Shown one piece after another: positions 28,388 to 37,955 of a stretch of 54,835 bases of DNA. A model generated the notes under the pieces. It was not told where the DNA came from. It did not search any database and saw nothing but the letters and a program-made list of their open reading frames with translations. The stretch comes from Clostridium sp. CAG:568 (GTDB taxonomy: Bacteria; Bacillota_I; Bacilli_A; RFN20; CAG-288), in NCBI GenBank assembly GCA_000434395.1, contig FR878802.1:1-54835 (forward strand), written 5' to 3'. The position numbers were made by a program, and so were the translations under genes. Each line of letters begins with the position of its first letter. Within the stretch, counting starts at the first letter, position 1.

Positions 28388-29029
28388 ATGAAAATGAAAG
28401 GATTCAAAAAGAAAGGATTTTTAGTTTTAATCTTGTCAATGTCATTGTTCAGCTGCAACAATTCTTTGACAAGAAATTATGTTGACTTAAACAAAGGCGA
28501 GGTTTTAATCGTAAAAAATAACGATATTAGATACACTAACACTACAGTCTCAATTACAAGCGATGTCGTTATTACATATGATGTTAAAAGAGAATATATG
28601 TTAAATAGATCCTCCTCTGATCGCTACTCCAATAGTGTTCTATACAACGGTTATTATTACTATTGGACTAAAGAAATAACTACAGATAAGATGGTTGTCG
28701 GACAGAGCACAACAACAGTTGATAAAATATATTCTTACCTGCCTATAGGAGAAGATAATCTCGGGTTAAGCGTAAAAACTCAAACCACAACGACTACTAA
28801 TTATTCATTTGATAGTCAGTGGATTTCTACTCCTAATGTAGAAATCAGTACACACATTATTTCATATTTTAACAGTCTATCAGATATACAAAAAGAATGT
28901 CCAGATCTATATAATCAAGTGGACTTAGAAAAAACACAAAAGCAATATATTTCAGGTAATCCAACTAAATCGGTAACTGTCAATTTCCAAGACTACCAAT
29001 CATCTTATTACTATATAGAAAAAGCCTAA
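28388..29029 (+). CDS. lipoprotein, function unknown
   Basis: Lipobox LFSCNN. The start could be the second ATG at 28394. Confidence 0.7.
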   Translation: MKMKGFKKKGFLVLILSMSLFSCNNSLTRNYVDLNKGEVLIVKNNDIRYTNTTVSITSDVVITYDVKREYMLNRSSSDRYSNSVLYNGYYYYWTKEITTDKMVVGQSTTTVDKIYSYLPIGEDNLGLSVKTQTTTTTNYSFDSQWISTPNVEISTHIISYFNSLSDIQKECPDLYNQVDLEKTQKQYISGNPTKSVTVNFQDYQSSYYYIEKA

Positions 29030-29033
29030 TAAT

Positions 29034-29067
29034 AAAAATGTGTTCCTTGATTTGGAACACATTTTTT
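29034..29067. terminator. bidirectional intrinsic terminator
   Basis: AAAAATGTGTTCC-TTGATTT-GGAACACATTTTT, a perfect 13-bp stem between convergent genes. Confidence 0.7.
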
Positions 29068-29075
29068 ATCATATT

Positions 29076-32000
29076 TTATTTGACATCATCGACATCGACC
29101 TTAACAAACTTTCCTTCGATAATCGAATATAGGTAACATTCAATTTTGTGAATGTCTATATTCAGCAATTCAGCTAAGTTCTTCCTATATATCGACACCT
29201 GTCTTCTATATGCCAAATCAGCTGTAGATGAAGTTTTATAGTCGATGACATACGATGTATCATCGGTTACTATAGCTAAATCGATGCTTCCTTCATGATG
29301 CGAGACAGGATCTATGAACTCGAATTCTTGATAGAACTGTGGATGTCTTCCAACTAAATTAGAAATAAAGTCTGATCGAATAAACTTGTCGATCAACATC
29401 TTTTCTCTTTCATTCTTTATAAAATCTGATTTAGGCAATGTAGGATAGTTTGACCAATCTAAGTTTTCTAATTCTAAATGAAGCTTGGTTCCAAATTTCT
29501 CATTATCCTTATCTGCAAAGACTGAATCAGCCTTACTAGCTCTAGCAAAATTGTTGAGCTTATTCTTAGTTACCGAGTCAGGTAACGGATTACATAATCT
29601 AATAGAAAATGAATTTGAATCCAATAATTCTTGCTTATATGGGATATTAGATTTATCGACATCGCTGATGATATCTTCCATAGAATAATGAGCACAATCG
29701 CCATGTTGAAGTCTCATAAAGCTATGCGAAGCTCTAGCACCAAAATCTTCAAACGATTTAGGCTGAAGTCTAGTGGAATAGTAAAGTCTGCTCTTCATCG
29801 TAATGCTATTTGAAAAGACCATAACATTAGCTAATCTCGCTCTGGTCAAAGCGACATAGACCAAACGTAAGTGCTCGCTCAAATCATCTTCCATTTTTTG
29901 TAATTCGTGAGCTAAAAGCTGAGGAAAAACAAATTTGAACTCATTTTTCTTATCGGGATTCCATATTTTTCCTTCTCCATTAGCATCCTTTTTGGAATTA
30001 TCTCTTGGACATTGCTCTCGAATAAAATCCTTATCCGCCTTAGTAAAAGAAGGAATAAATCCATAGTTTTCATCAAAGATAAGACTTCCATTCTCTTCTT
30101 TAGATTTAGGTCCTTTATTCGACATAGGAACTATGACAAAAGGATATTCCATACCTTTTGATTTATGAATAGTGGTGATCAAAATAGAATTACCTCTGGC
30201 TTTATAAAGTTTCAATTCCTGTGGAGTATCAGACAAATCGCCTTCTCTCAATTCCTTGAAGTATTCGATGAATTCATTATATGAGAATCCCATACTAGAC
30301 AAATTATCGATTTCGCTGATGAAGAAATTATAAGAAGAAAGTATTTCATCAGGATTGTTCAAAGTTGAAATCTTATAATAGACATCAAACTTTGAAAAGA
30401 TTTCTTTAATGATTTGATTTGGCGATTTGATTTCGGACTCACCGGGAACATTGACTTCATCGAGCATTCTCAAAACTAAAGGTCTTTTAGCTTCATCCAA
30501 TGAGAGACAATTCTTAACATCTTCAATTATCTGAATGTCCTTTACGTTGAGCAAAAAGCTTCTTTCTACTGAAGCTATACAATGCTTGTATGAATCTAAT
30601 TCATCATTGGTGAGTTTTCTACCAGATTTCATTTCAGTCAAATAATACTCTAGCTTGACCAAGTTTTCTAAAACCATAGTCGCTGTATTCATCTTAAAAT
30701 CTTGGTCGATGTCCAAAGTGCAAGGAATATTCAAACTAGAAAAAGCTTTGACATATGGATTAGCTTGATTCTTTGCTCTTACTAGGATTGCAAAATCCTT
30801 ATATTCGGCAGGACGTCTACTACCATCCCTCTTTTCGGTGACAATCACTTTTTTACTTTCGACCCAAGACTTAATTTTCTTGGCGATATCAAATGCAATT
30901 ATGTGTTTCTTAAGCTGACCATTAGTAATTTTTGCAGGAAGTTCCTTATCTTCAAAATCATAATCATAAGAGCCTAAATCAGTGAAATCAGTCGAGCTAA
31001 TTTGGTTTAGTGTTTTGTTTGATGCTTTGATTTGCTGATTTATATCATTTGCATAATCTACACCTCCAACTTGTGACGTCATGTTGCTAGTAAAGAAGCT
31101 ATTGACCTCATCCACGACTTGACTATCGCTACGATAATTATCAGTCATAGTCAATAATTCAAAATTATTGTCTTTTGGTTTTTGATATTTACTCATGAAT
31201 AAATCCGGCTTAGCATTTCTAAATCCATAAATAGATTGTTTGACATCACCGACCATGAAAGTGATATTTCTATTAAATTTGTTCTCAACGAAATTAACAG
31301 TGAATACTTTATTGTCATCATCCATTGCCAGCAATTGTTCTTCATCAGTTCCTAACAACATCAGAAGCTCTTCTTGTGAATTATTAGAATCCTGATATTC
31401 ATCGACCATTATGGTTTTAATCCTATTTTTTTCTTCTTCTCTAATATCAGAATTTTCTTTTAATAACTTAAGACACATATAAGAGACATCGAAGAATGTA
31501 TATGCGTTATGTTCCTTCTTTTGCTCTTGAACTATTTGATGAATCTTCTTATTCAATTCAATTGCATAATCTATATATTCGGCATTCTTGTCCATCAATG
31601 CGACTGAGGTTTCGGTAGGTAAAATCTGAATCAAAGAATTCTTGATATTATCATAGGAGTCTTTAATACACTTCTTTTGCTTTTCCAATAATTCTAATTT
31701 TTGATCATCACCTTCATACTGACTTACAACTTCATTCTTCCACCAACTACGGTCCATCGGCCTAAAGATTTCTTTAGAGCCGCTTTTCTTTCCTTGAAAT
31801 GAAATGTTTTCCATATCATGAATCATATTTTGGATTTTAGAATAGTAATCCTGGCATTCAAGATAGTAATATTTCTTACCAATTTTTCTAATCTTTTCTG
31901 CTGCTCTTTCAAAGAACGTTGCTGAGTTTTCCTCATCATTAGCCTGAACATCGACATAATCAAGTCTAAACTGATCCAATACAGCACCAAGAGCCATCAT

Positions 32001-32744
32001 ATACTCAGCAAAATAATTCAAGCAATAAAAAGTTGCATTATTTTGTATTTCTTCCTGATTACTTAAATAATTTTCTTTCCAATTATCGAATATATCTTCT
32101 GCATTAGATTCAGTCTGTCTCATCTTTTCCAATGAGGCAATCATAGATTTAAGTAATCCACTATTAGTCGAAACGTCCCTATCAAAAAAAGATCTAATCT
32201 TTGAATTTGGATTGTTGAATTCCTTATTGATTATTTCATCTTCGGCTTTATAAAACATATAGTCATTTACTGTTTGATCCAAAATAGTAAATGTTGGAGA
32301 TATTCCTAATCTATCAGCATATTTTCTAACTATAGCATTTGAGAAAGAGTCAAATGTAGAAATTTGAGCCGAATCAACCTTTTCAGCTTCATCTAATAGC
32401 TTTTTGCTAGCTTCATCTTTGATGAATGGATATTTTTCTTTTTTAGTTGCAAACTCTTTCAAATCATCCTTTATTCTATCTTTCATCTCTCTAGCTGCGT
32501 TATTGGTAAAAGTCAAAATCAGCATATCTGATACGGATAAATCCTTCACCAAGATTCCATATAAGACTCTTAAAGATAGAGTTGTGGTCTTGCCACAACC
32601 AGCACCAGCAGAAAGGAGTATATTTTTATTGAAAGTAGTAATAGCTTCGAACTTCGAGTTATGAGACCCATCGGGTGAAGTCCCATATTTTTTCATCAAG
32701 AACTCATTAAAATCAGCTAATTCATTATCGTTGAGCAAACCCAT
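29076..32744 (-). CDS. addA: ATP-dependent helicase/nuclease subunit A (AddA/RexA type)
   Basis: UvrD-type motifs: SAGAGCGKTTTL, IMVDEYQDSN, TIHKSKGMEYPFV, YVALTRAR. C-terminal RecB-family nuclease GSIDLAIV...YVIDYKTS. ATG at 32744 follows AAGGAG and lies 4 nt after the addB stop. Confidence 0.85.
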   Translation of the reverse strand: MGLLNDNELADFNEFLMKKYGTSPDGSHNSKFEAITTFNKNILLSAGAGCGKTTTLSLRVLYGILVKDLSVSDMLILTFTNNAAREMKDRIKDDLKEFATKKEKYPFIKDEASKKLLDEAEKVDSAQISTFDSFSNAIVRKYADRLGISPTFTILDQTVNDYMFYKAEDEIINKEFNNPNSKIRSFFDRDVSTNSGLLKSMIASLEKMRQTESNAEDIFDNWKENYLSNQEEIQNNATFYCLNYFAEYMMALGAVLDQFRLDYVDVQANDEENSATFFERAAEKIRKIGKKYYYLECQDYYSKIQNMIHDMENISFQGKKSGSKEIFRPMDRSWWKNEVVSQYEGDDQKLELLEKQKKCIKDSYDNIKNSLIQILPTETSVALMDKNAEYIDYAIELNKKIHQIVQEQKKEHNAYTFFDVSYMCLKLLKENSDIREEEKNRIKTIMVDEYQDSNNSQEELLMLLGTDEEQLLAMDDDNKVFTVNFVENKFNRNITFMVGDVKQSIYGFRNAKPDLFMSKYQKPKDNNFELLTMTDNYRSDSQVVDEVNSFFTSNMTSQVGGVDYANDINQQIKASNKTLNQISSTDFTDLGSYDYDFEDKELPAKITNGQLKKHIIAFDIAKKIKSWVESKKVIVTEKRDGSRRPAEYKDFAILVRAKNQANPYVKAFSSLNIPCTLDIDQDFKMNTATMVLENLVKLEYYLTEMKSGRKLTNDELDSYKHCIASVERSFLLNVKDIQIIEDVKNCLSLDEAKRPLVLRMLDEVNVPGESEIKSPNQIIKEIFSKFDVYYKISTLNNPDEILSSYNFFISEIDNLSSMGFSYNEFIEYFKELREGDLSDTPQELKLYKARGNSILITTIHKSKGMEYPFVIVPMSNKGPKSKEENGSLIFDENYGFIPSFTKADKDFIREQCPRDNSKKDANGEGKIWNPDKKNEFKFVFPQLLAHELQKMEDDLSEHLRLVYVALTRARLANVMVFSNSITMKSRLYYSTRLQPKSFEDFGARASHSFMRLQHGDCAHYSMEDIISDVDKSNIPYKQELLDSNSFSIRLCNPLPDSVTKNKLNNFARASKADSVFADKDNEKFGTKLHLELENLDWSNYPTLPKSDFIKNEREKMLIDKFIRSDFISNLVGRHPQFYQEFEFIDPVSHHEGSIDLAIVTDDTSYVIDYKTSSTADLAYRRQVSIYRKNLAELLNIDIHKIECYLYSIIEGKFVKVDVDDVK

Positions 32745-32748
32745 TTCA

Positions 32749-35493
32749 TCAATTCTCCTTTTTGTTATCTTCAGTAGCATCGTCAATAGCATCATCTTTC
32801 ACTTCATCATCGATCAAACCACCATCAGGCATTTTCATACCATCATAGTCCCCATGCACACTTGATAGAGTTGAATCATCAAAATCTGCAATGACTATCT
32901 CATGTTTTTGATATGGTCTTGTAAAACTAATGTCTGGATAATCATCTTCTGCCAAGGCCTTGTTAGAGCCATTGTAGTAAACATAAGTTGGATATACAGG
33001 AAACCATTTAATTCTATTTGGATTGTCCTTATCAGTTAGTCTTCCTTCTCTCAAGTATTTAAGACAATAAAAATAAGAAGTCAGAGTAGCCGATCTAATT
33101 CTATCGTTAATACCCAGTCCATCTGTAGATGGGCTTCCATTGGGATATAAAGAATCTGATTTTGCACCAAATGTCAAATCTTTTGTGATGAAATCTTGAA
33201 TCTTACAGATAAGATTGTATTTAATACCTTCTTTAGAAATATCATTTTTCGAAGTTAGCATTACTTTTTCATCAGATAAATTTTTTATAAAATCCGTATT
33301 TTTAGATACATTATCGATTCCAAAGGCCCCTTGGAAATCTTCCTTGATAGGAAGATATTCATTTTTGAATGAATATCCAGTGATTATTCCACTATAGTCC
33401 AAATCATAGGGAGTCGAGTAAGGAATCCTACATATATAAGATCCTATTAAGTCTCCTGTTTTCATTCCATTTGCCTTCATGACTCTATCAAAAACTACCG
33501 AATACAAAGGAAGTTGGAGCATCCTACCCAAAAGGGAGTTAGTTCTATTGACATAATAAGTGGTAGAACTAGAAGTTTTATAATCCACCAATACATAATC
33601 ATTATCGCTTCTATACACTTGATCATAGAAAACTCTAATAGATGAATTCATAGGCATGTCGATAGTAGCAGTAAATTCATCACCTTCTTCAGGTCTAATT
33701 TGCTCCCATCCACATGTTTCTTCAAACTTTTTTAATATTCCTAAATCATGACCGGTAAAATTCAAATCAGCATTCTTTAAGAAATATATTAATTGATTTC
33801 TATTCATTCCACAAAAGATCTCAGGAATTGGATGTCTGGCATCATTTAGAAGATTATCGACAGTTTTGTCAAAATCAAACAAATCTCTTTCCTCTGCATG
33901 AGCATGAATCAATTGACCTGCAATATTTGTAAAGTTCGATGATCCCTTCAGCTTTAAAATATTTTTACAATAATAGGAGAAAGGATTATTCATATAGCAA
34001 TCTAAGGATGTATGAGACAATTCGATTTTAGAGTTCTCCTCAAAATAATTTCTAAAATACTCTTGAGTTTCTTCATCACTATCGAAATCGTTATCGTAAG
34101 AGCAATAAACATTTGCACTTTCCTTAGCATTCTTAGAAATTGCTTCAGCCATATCATCTTCATATCTAACAGAATCATATCTGTTATGAAGAATAGAATG
34201 ATAAAAACTTAAGTCCTTTCTTCCTTCTCCAATAACAGAGCCGTAAGAATCATATTCATTAATTGAGTTATCTATTTCTGATATCCAATCAGATCCCTTT
34301 AAGAAAAATACTTTTGGATATTCCTTAAAACAATCATTAGCTGCTCTCGACATCCTTACATTTTGAGAAAGCGAAAGATTGTCTTTTATTATCAATTCTT
34401 TGGATTTATTCTCTTCAGTAGATAGTTGCTCATAAGTAAATCTTCTCTTATAGGCATCAGCAATCATTCCATTATCCTTTGATACTGAAACTAAAGCATC
34501 AGAGAATCCTAGAACTAGTAGGTGTTTGGAAGGAACTAAGTCAACTAAATTATCAACCACACTTATTCCTTCGATTCCATCATCAAAGTCGATTGCTGAA
34601 GATAAAGAACTCTCCAAATATTCAACAAGTAAATCCGACGGTAAATCTATATTTCTTTTTTTCTTTAATGTATAGATAGTAGATAAAACTTTGATGATTG
34701 CTGACTGTGCTGTCGTATTTCTTATAAGACTAGCTTTTATAGCTAAGTCATCTAAAGACATTCCACCTTTTACATCGTTGATAAACTCTTTAACTTCTTT
34801 TATATTTCTCACACAATCAATAGGAACAGAAACAGGTAAATTAAATAATGAAGCTGTATTCTTTACAATGCTGAAATAAGAACTAGGACAAACAATATGA
34901 TAATCAGCAAAATCTACTTTTCCACCCTTTATATCATTTGATACTTCTGAGCATAACCAATTCAATCCTTCAAGAACTTCAATCCAGGATTCACCATAGA
35001 GAATTACTTTTTCAATGAAATTATCATGATAAACATTTAAAAAATCTTTCACTTCTTTAAAAGAGTTAGAGATATCAATATTTAATGATTTGAAAGCACT
35101 AATCAAATCATAATCATTTTTAGTATATCCGATAATAATTACTGGTCTAGATTTTAATGCATATTGATTCATATAATCCGGCTTATGCAAATAGCCATTA
35201 GTAATAGCATTATCTCTAAGTTCTCTCAATTTAATTAATGTTATAGATTCATCACCGCTAAAATTCTTATTATCAGTAAGAAGATGGAAGCTTTCAAAAT
35301 TCTTTTTTGCAATAGCAAATGAGATATTTCTATTCAAAGCATACGATAAGACATCTTCTTTTTCATAAGTATAGAAGGCACTATCTAACACATCTTTCTT
35401 AGAAAAATAATGAGCATGGTTAAAAACTCTATTTTGAATTAAATAAAGCTTTAAATTATCAGGACAAATAACATTGATATCAGTAGTGACCAT
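32749..35493 (-). CDS. addB: helicase/nuclease subunit B (AddB/RexB type, degenerate N-terminal NTPase)
   Basis: It lies immediately upstream of addA. C-terminal PD-(D/E)xK-like block YVLVDYKTSS...QLPLY. I could not see a Walker A motif. Confidence 0.7.
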   Translation of the reverse strand: MVTTDINVICPDNLKLYLIQNRVFNHAHYFSKKDVLDSAFYTYEKEDVLSYALNRNISFAIAKKNFESFHLLTDNKNFSGDESITLIKLRELRDNAITNGYLHKPDYMNQYALKSRPVIIIGYTKNDYDLISAFKSLNIDISNSFKEVKDFLNVYHDNFIEKVILYGESWIEVLEGLNWLCSEVSNDIKGGKVDFADYHIVCPSSYFSIVKNTASLFNLPVSVPIDCVRNIKEVKEFINDVKGGMSLDDLAIKASLIRNTTAQSAIIKVLSTIYTLKKKRNIDLPSDLLVEYLESSLSSAIDFDDGIEGISVVDNLVDLVPSKHLLVLGFSDALVSVSKDNGMIADAYKRRFTYEQLSTEENKSKELIIKDNLSLSQNVRMSRAANDCFKEYPKVFFLKGSDWISEIDNSINEYDSYGSVIGEGRKDLSFYHSILHNRYDSVRYEDDMAEAISKNAKESANVYCSYDNDFDSDEETQEYFRNYFEENSKIELSHTSLDCYMNNPFSYYCKNILKLKGSSNFTNIAGQLIHAHAEERDLFDFDKTVDNLLNDARHPIPEIFCGMNRNQLIYFLKNADLNFTGHDLGILKKFEETCGWEQIRPEEGDEFTATIDMPMNSSIRVFYDQVYRSDNDYVLVDYKTSSSTTYYVNRTNSLLGRMLQLPLYSVVFDRVMKANGMKTGDLIGSYICRIPYSTPYDLDYSGIITGYSFKNEYLPIKEDFQGAFGIDNVSKNTDFIKNLSDEKVMLTSKNDISKEGIKYNLICKIQDFITKDLTFGAKSDSLYPNGSPSTDGLGINDRIRSATLTSYFYCLKYLREGRLTDKDNPNRIKWFPVYPTYVYYNGSNKALAEDDYPDISFTRPYQKHEIVIADFDDSTLSSVHGDYDGMKMPDGGLIDDEVKDDAIDDATEDNKKEN

Positions 35494-35911
35494 ATTGCTT
35501 AATCCTCCTTTTATTATTTTACTTCTATTTTTGTTTCTAGAAATATAAATTTAAAGTACTAATTAAGTATTGCTACATTTTTTACCCATTGTTTTCAATC
35601 AACAATTCTAAATTAGATTACAGAAATTCAATCAAATAACATTTTGCTAATGAAAAAAATTGGGCATACATCTATTAAAAGAAACACATGAGTCTCTACC
35701 TTTATGTTATAAAACAATCAAATAATTATTTTTAAATATTTAAGCTTTATTTTTGGACAAATTTATATTTATAAATTAAAATTGGTTATCCAAAATATCA
35801 ATGTATTTCTTTTATTCTTAAAAAACTAATATATATTATATTTATAACAACTGTACATTATTTTTAATAAGTAATAACTATTAAAAATTCCTTTACAAAT
35901 ATCTTATCTAC

Positions 35912-35950
35912 TTTTCGTGGACAAAGATGGAATACCCTATTTTTCGTGGA
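35912..35950 (+). promoter_or_regulatory. direct repeat TTTTCGTGGA x2 upstream of the XRE gene (candidate operator)
   Basis: Identical 10-mers at 35912..35921 and 35941..35950, starting 29 nt apart. They lie 34 nt upstream of the ATG at 35984. Confidence 0.3.
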
Positions 35951-35983
35951 AATCTTATAATCTTATCGAATGGAGATAAAAAC

Positions 35984-37054
35984 ATGGATCAAATTAAAAC
36001 CGGAAACTTCTTAGTTAGTCTAAGAAAAGAGAAGAACATTACTCAACAGCAATTAGCCGATATATTACAAGTCAGTGTAAAGGCAGTATCCAAATGGGAG
36101 TGTGGCGAAGGTTATCCTTCTATTCAAAGCTTAAAAGATTTATCTGATTTCTATGGTGTTACCGTAGACGAAATCATAAATGGTGAAAGAAATAAAACAG
36201 AAGCCAAAGAACCAGTCAATACTTCTATTCAAATCAAGGAAAAGAAACCATTGAACTTTCCTATCCTAAGATCTATTTCTTTAGGAATTACTGGATTAGG
36301 AATCATGCTTTATTTCATTATAATGTATTGCTGTTATTCAACAGCAGGCAGTTTGATTTGCATACTTTTCACAACCTTAATAGGATTGGTTTTAAGCTTA
36401 ATAGAATTGAAGCATTATAAAGATAGAAAGAATAACATAATAGCTTTATTCAATTATGAATTCATAATAATTGGAATAGCTCTATCCTTTATTAGTTTTT
36501 GTTTCTCGTTAGCCACATTAACTGTAACTGTCGAGAATTACTACGTTACAGTTGACTCTTTTCATTTCGCAACTAACTTTGTTAACATTGCGATATGCCT
36601 TATAGGATTCCTAGTATTGTTGATTTGGGGTGGAATAGAATATGGGCTTTATCTTAAAAAAGGAAAAGATTTCTTCGATGCATTGAAAGACAAAGGAAAT
36701 AGAATTCTAGCAGTTAACAATGTTAGTCTTATTATCGTCCTAATTCTTTATGTAATGCTGGATTCTAATAAATACAATTGCATTTGGTACCAAGTTGTAT
36801 TCTTTGCTATCCCTTCTTTATTTGAAATAGTAGAGGCTTTTATCAATAAGTATGAAATCATATTCAAATCTATCAATTTAGTTCTATGCATAGCAGCATT
36901 TATAACATCAATTACTATGATAAATGTATTCAGCAATTATGTGGTAGAGTTGATTACAATATTGTTTATAGAAACAGCAGCCTTATCTTTTGCATTGTCC
37001 TTTGTAATATCTTCTTTAAAGAAAAAAGAAGTAAAATCAATTGAAAACAAATAA
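35984..37054 (+). CDS. XRE-family HTH regulator fused to a polytopic membrane domain
   Basis: HTH ITQQQLADILQVSVKAVSKWECGEGYPS, followed by about 8 hydrophobic helices. ATG at 35984 sits 8 nt after GGAG. Confidence 0.8.
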   Translation: MDQIKTGNFLVSLRKEKNITQQQLADILQVSVKAVSKWECGEGYPSIQSLKDLSDFYGVTVDEIINGERNKTEAKEPVNTSIQIKEKKPLNFPILRSISLGITGLGIMLYFIIMYCCYSTAGSLICILFTTLIGLVLSLIELKHYKDRKNNIIALFNYEFIIIGIALSFISFCFSLATLTVTVENYYVTVDSFHFATNFVNIAICLIGFLVLLIWGGIEYGLYLKKGKDFFDALKDKGNRILAVNNVSLIIVLILYVMLDSNKYNCIWYQVVFFAIPSLFEIVEAFINKYEIIFKSINLVLCIAAFITSITMINVFSNYVVELITILFIETAALSFALSFVISSLKKKEVKSIENK

Positions 37055-37071
37055 AATTATTGATTAAAATA

Positions 37072-37101
37072 TTGAATCTGTGTAAGTGCTTACACTATAA
37101 T
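37072..37101 (+). promoter_or_regulatory. candidate promoter of mgtC
   Basis: TTGAAT, 18-nt spacer, TATAAT. The spacer contains the small palindrome GTGTAAG-TGC-TTACAC. Confidence 0.4.
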
Positions 37102-37130
37102 TTACTCATAGAGAGGAGGTTTCTCCTAGT

Positions 37131-37829
37131 ATGGATAAAATCATTCAAGATATAGCGACGATGTGGAATAATGGTTGGGACATAACCTTATATTCATTAA
37201 TAGTAATTGTTATGAGTGCAATACTTACTGGACTGATAGGACTAGAAAGAGAAAAGCATGGATATTCAGCAGGTTTAAGAACTCATATGCTTGTAGGTGT
37301 CGGATCTACTTTATTCACTATTGTTTCAAAGTATGCTTTTGGAAGTGGAGATCCTGGAAGAGTAGCTGCTCAAGTAGTTACAGGTATCGGTTTTATAGGT
37401 GCGGGAACGATAATCCAAAACGGAATCAACGTCAAAGGATTGACTACAGCTGCTACCCTTTGGGTAGTGGCTGCAATAGGAATGTGCTGTGGAGTCGGCT
37501 ATATTTCTGTAGCGATGATAGGGGCTTTAATTGCTTTAATAGTTTTAAGTGTTCTAAAACTATTGGAAGATAAAAATCCACGTAAAAAGTCATATAGATT
37601 AGCCTATCTTGTTACTAAAGGTGAAATGACTTTATCAAAGGCTGTAGCAGCCATGGACGAAATGAATGTCATCGTCAAAGATATAGATATCGGTTCTGCT
37701 ATGCACGAAAACACTAGATGCACAAAAGTAGTCCTGACTTTGAAGATAAAAGGCATGAATACAAAAGCTGAAGTAATGGATAAGTTGATAAATATACTCC
37801 AGCCTCTGGCAATGGAAGAATTGACTTGA
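37131..37829 (+). CDS. mgtC: MgtC/SapB-family membrane protein
   Basis: LTGLIGLEREKHGYSAGLRTHMLVGVGSTLFT and VVTGIGFIGAGTI, plus a C-terminal ACT-like soluble domain. Confidence 0.85.
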   Translation: MDKIIQDIATMWNNGWDITLYSLIVIVMSAILTGLIGLEREKHGYSAGLRTHMLVGVGSTLFTIVSKYAFGSGDPGRVAAQVVTGIGFIGAGTIIQNGINVKGLTTAATLWVVAAIGMCCGVGYISVAMIGALIALIVLSVLKLLEDKNPRKKSYRLAYLVTKGEMTLSKAVAAMDEMNVIVKDIDIGSAMHENTRCTKVVLTLKIKGMNTKAEVMDKLINILQPLAMEELT

Positions 37830-37834
37830 TCATT

Positions 37835-37866
37835 ATCCGCTCGAATTAAAATCGAGCGGATTTTTA
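37835..37866 (+). terminator. intrinsic terminator of mgtC
   Basis: ATCCGCTCGA-ATTAAAA-TCGAGCGGAT followed by TTTT. Confidence 0.7.
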
Positions 37867-37955
37867 TTAAAAACCGTATTCTAGGATCAAAAATATGGCT
37901 TCAAGATCTGGTCATTTTACATATAGTCAATAAAATAAGATCAGAAGGTATATTT

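Noticed and set aside
37175-37573. 132-aa alternative-frame ORF inside mgtC
   Set aside because: It has a Cys/Arg-rich low-complexity translation. The overlapping frame has clear MgtC motifs.
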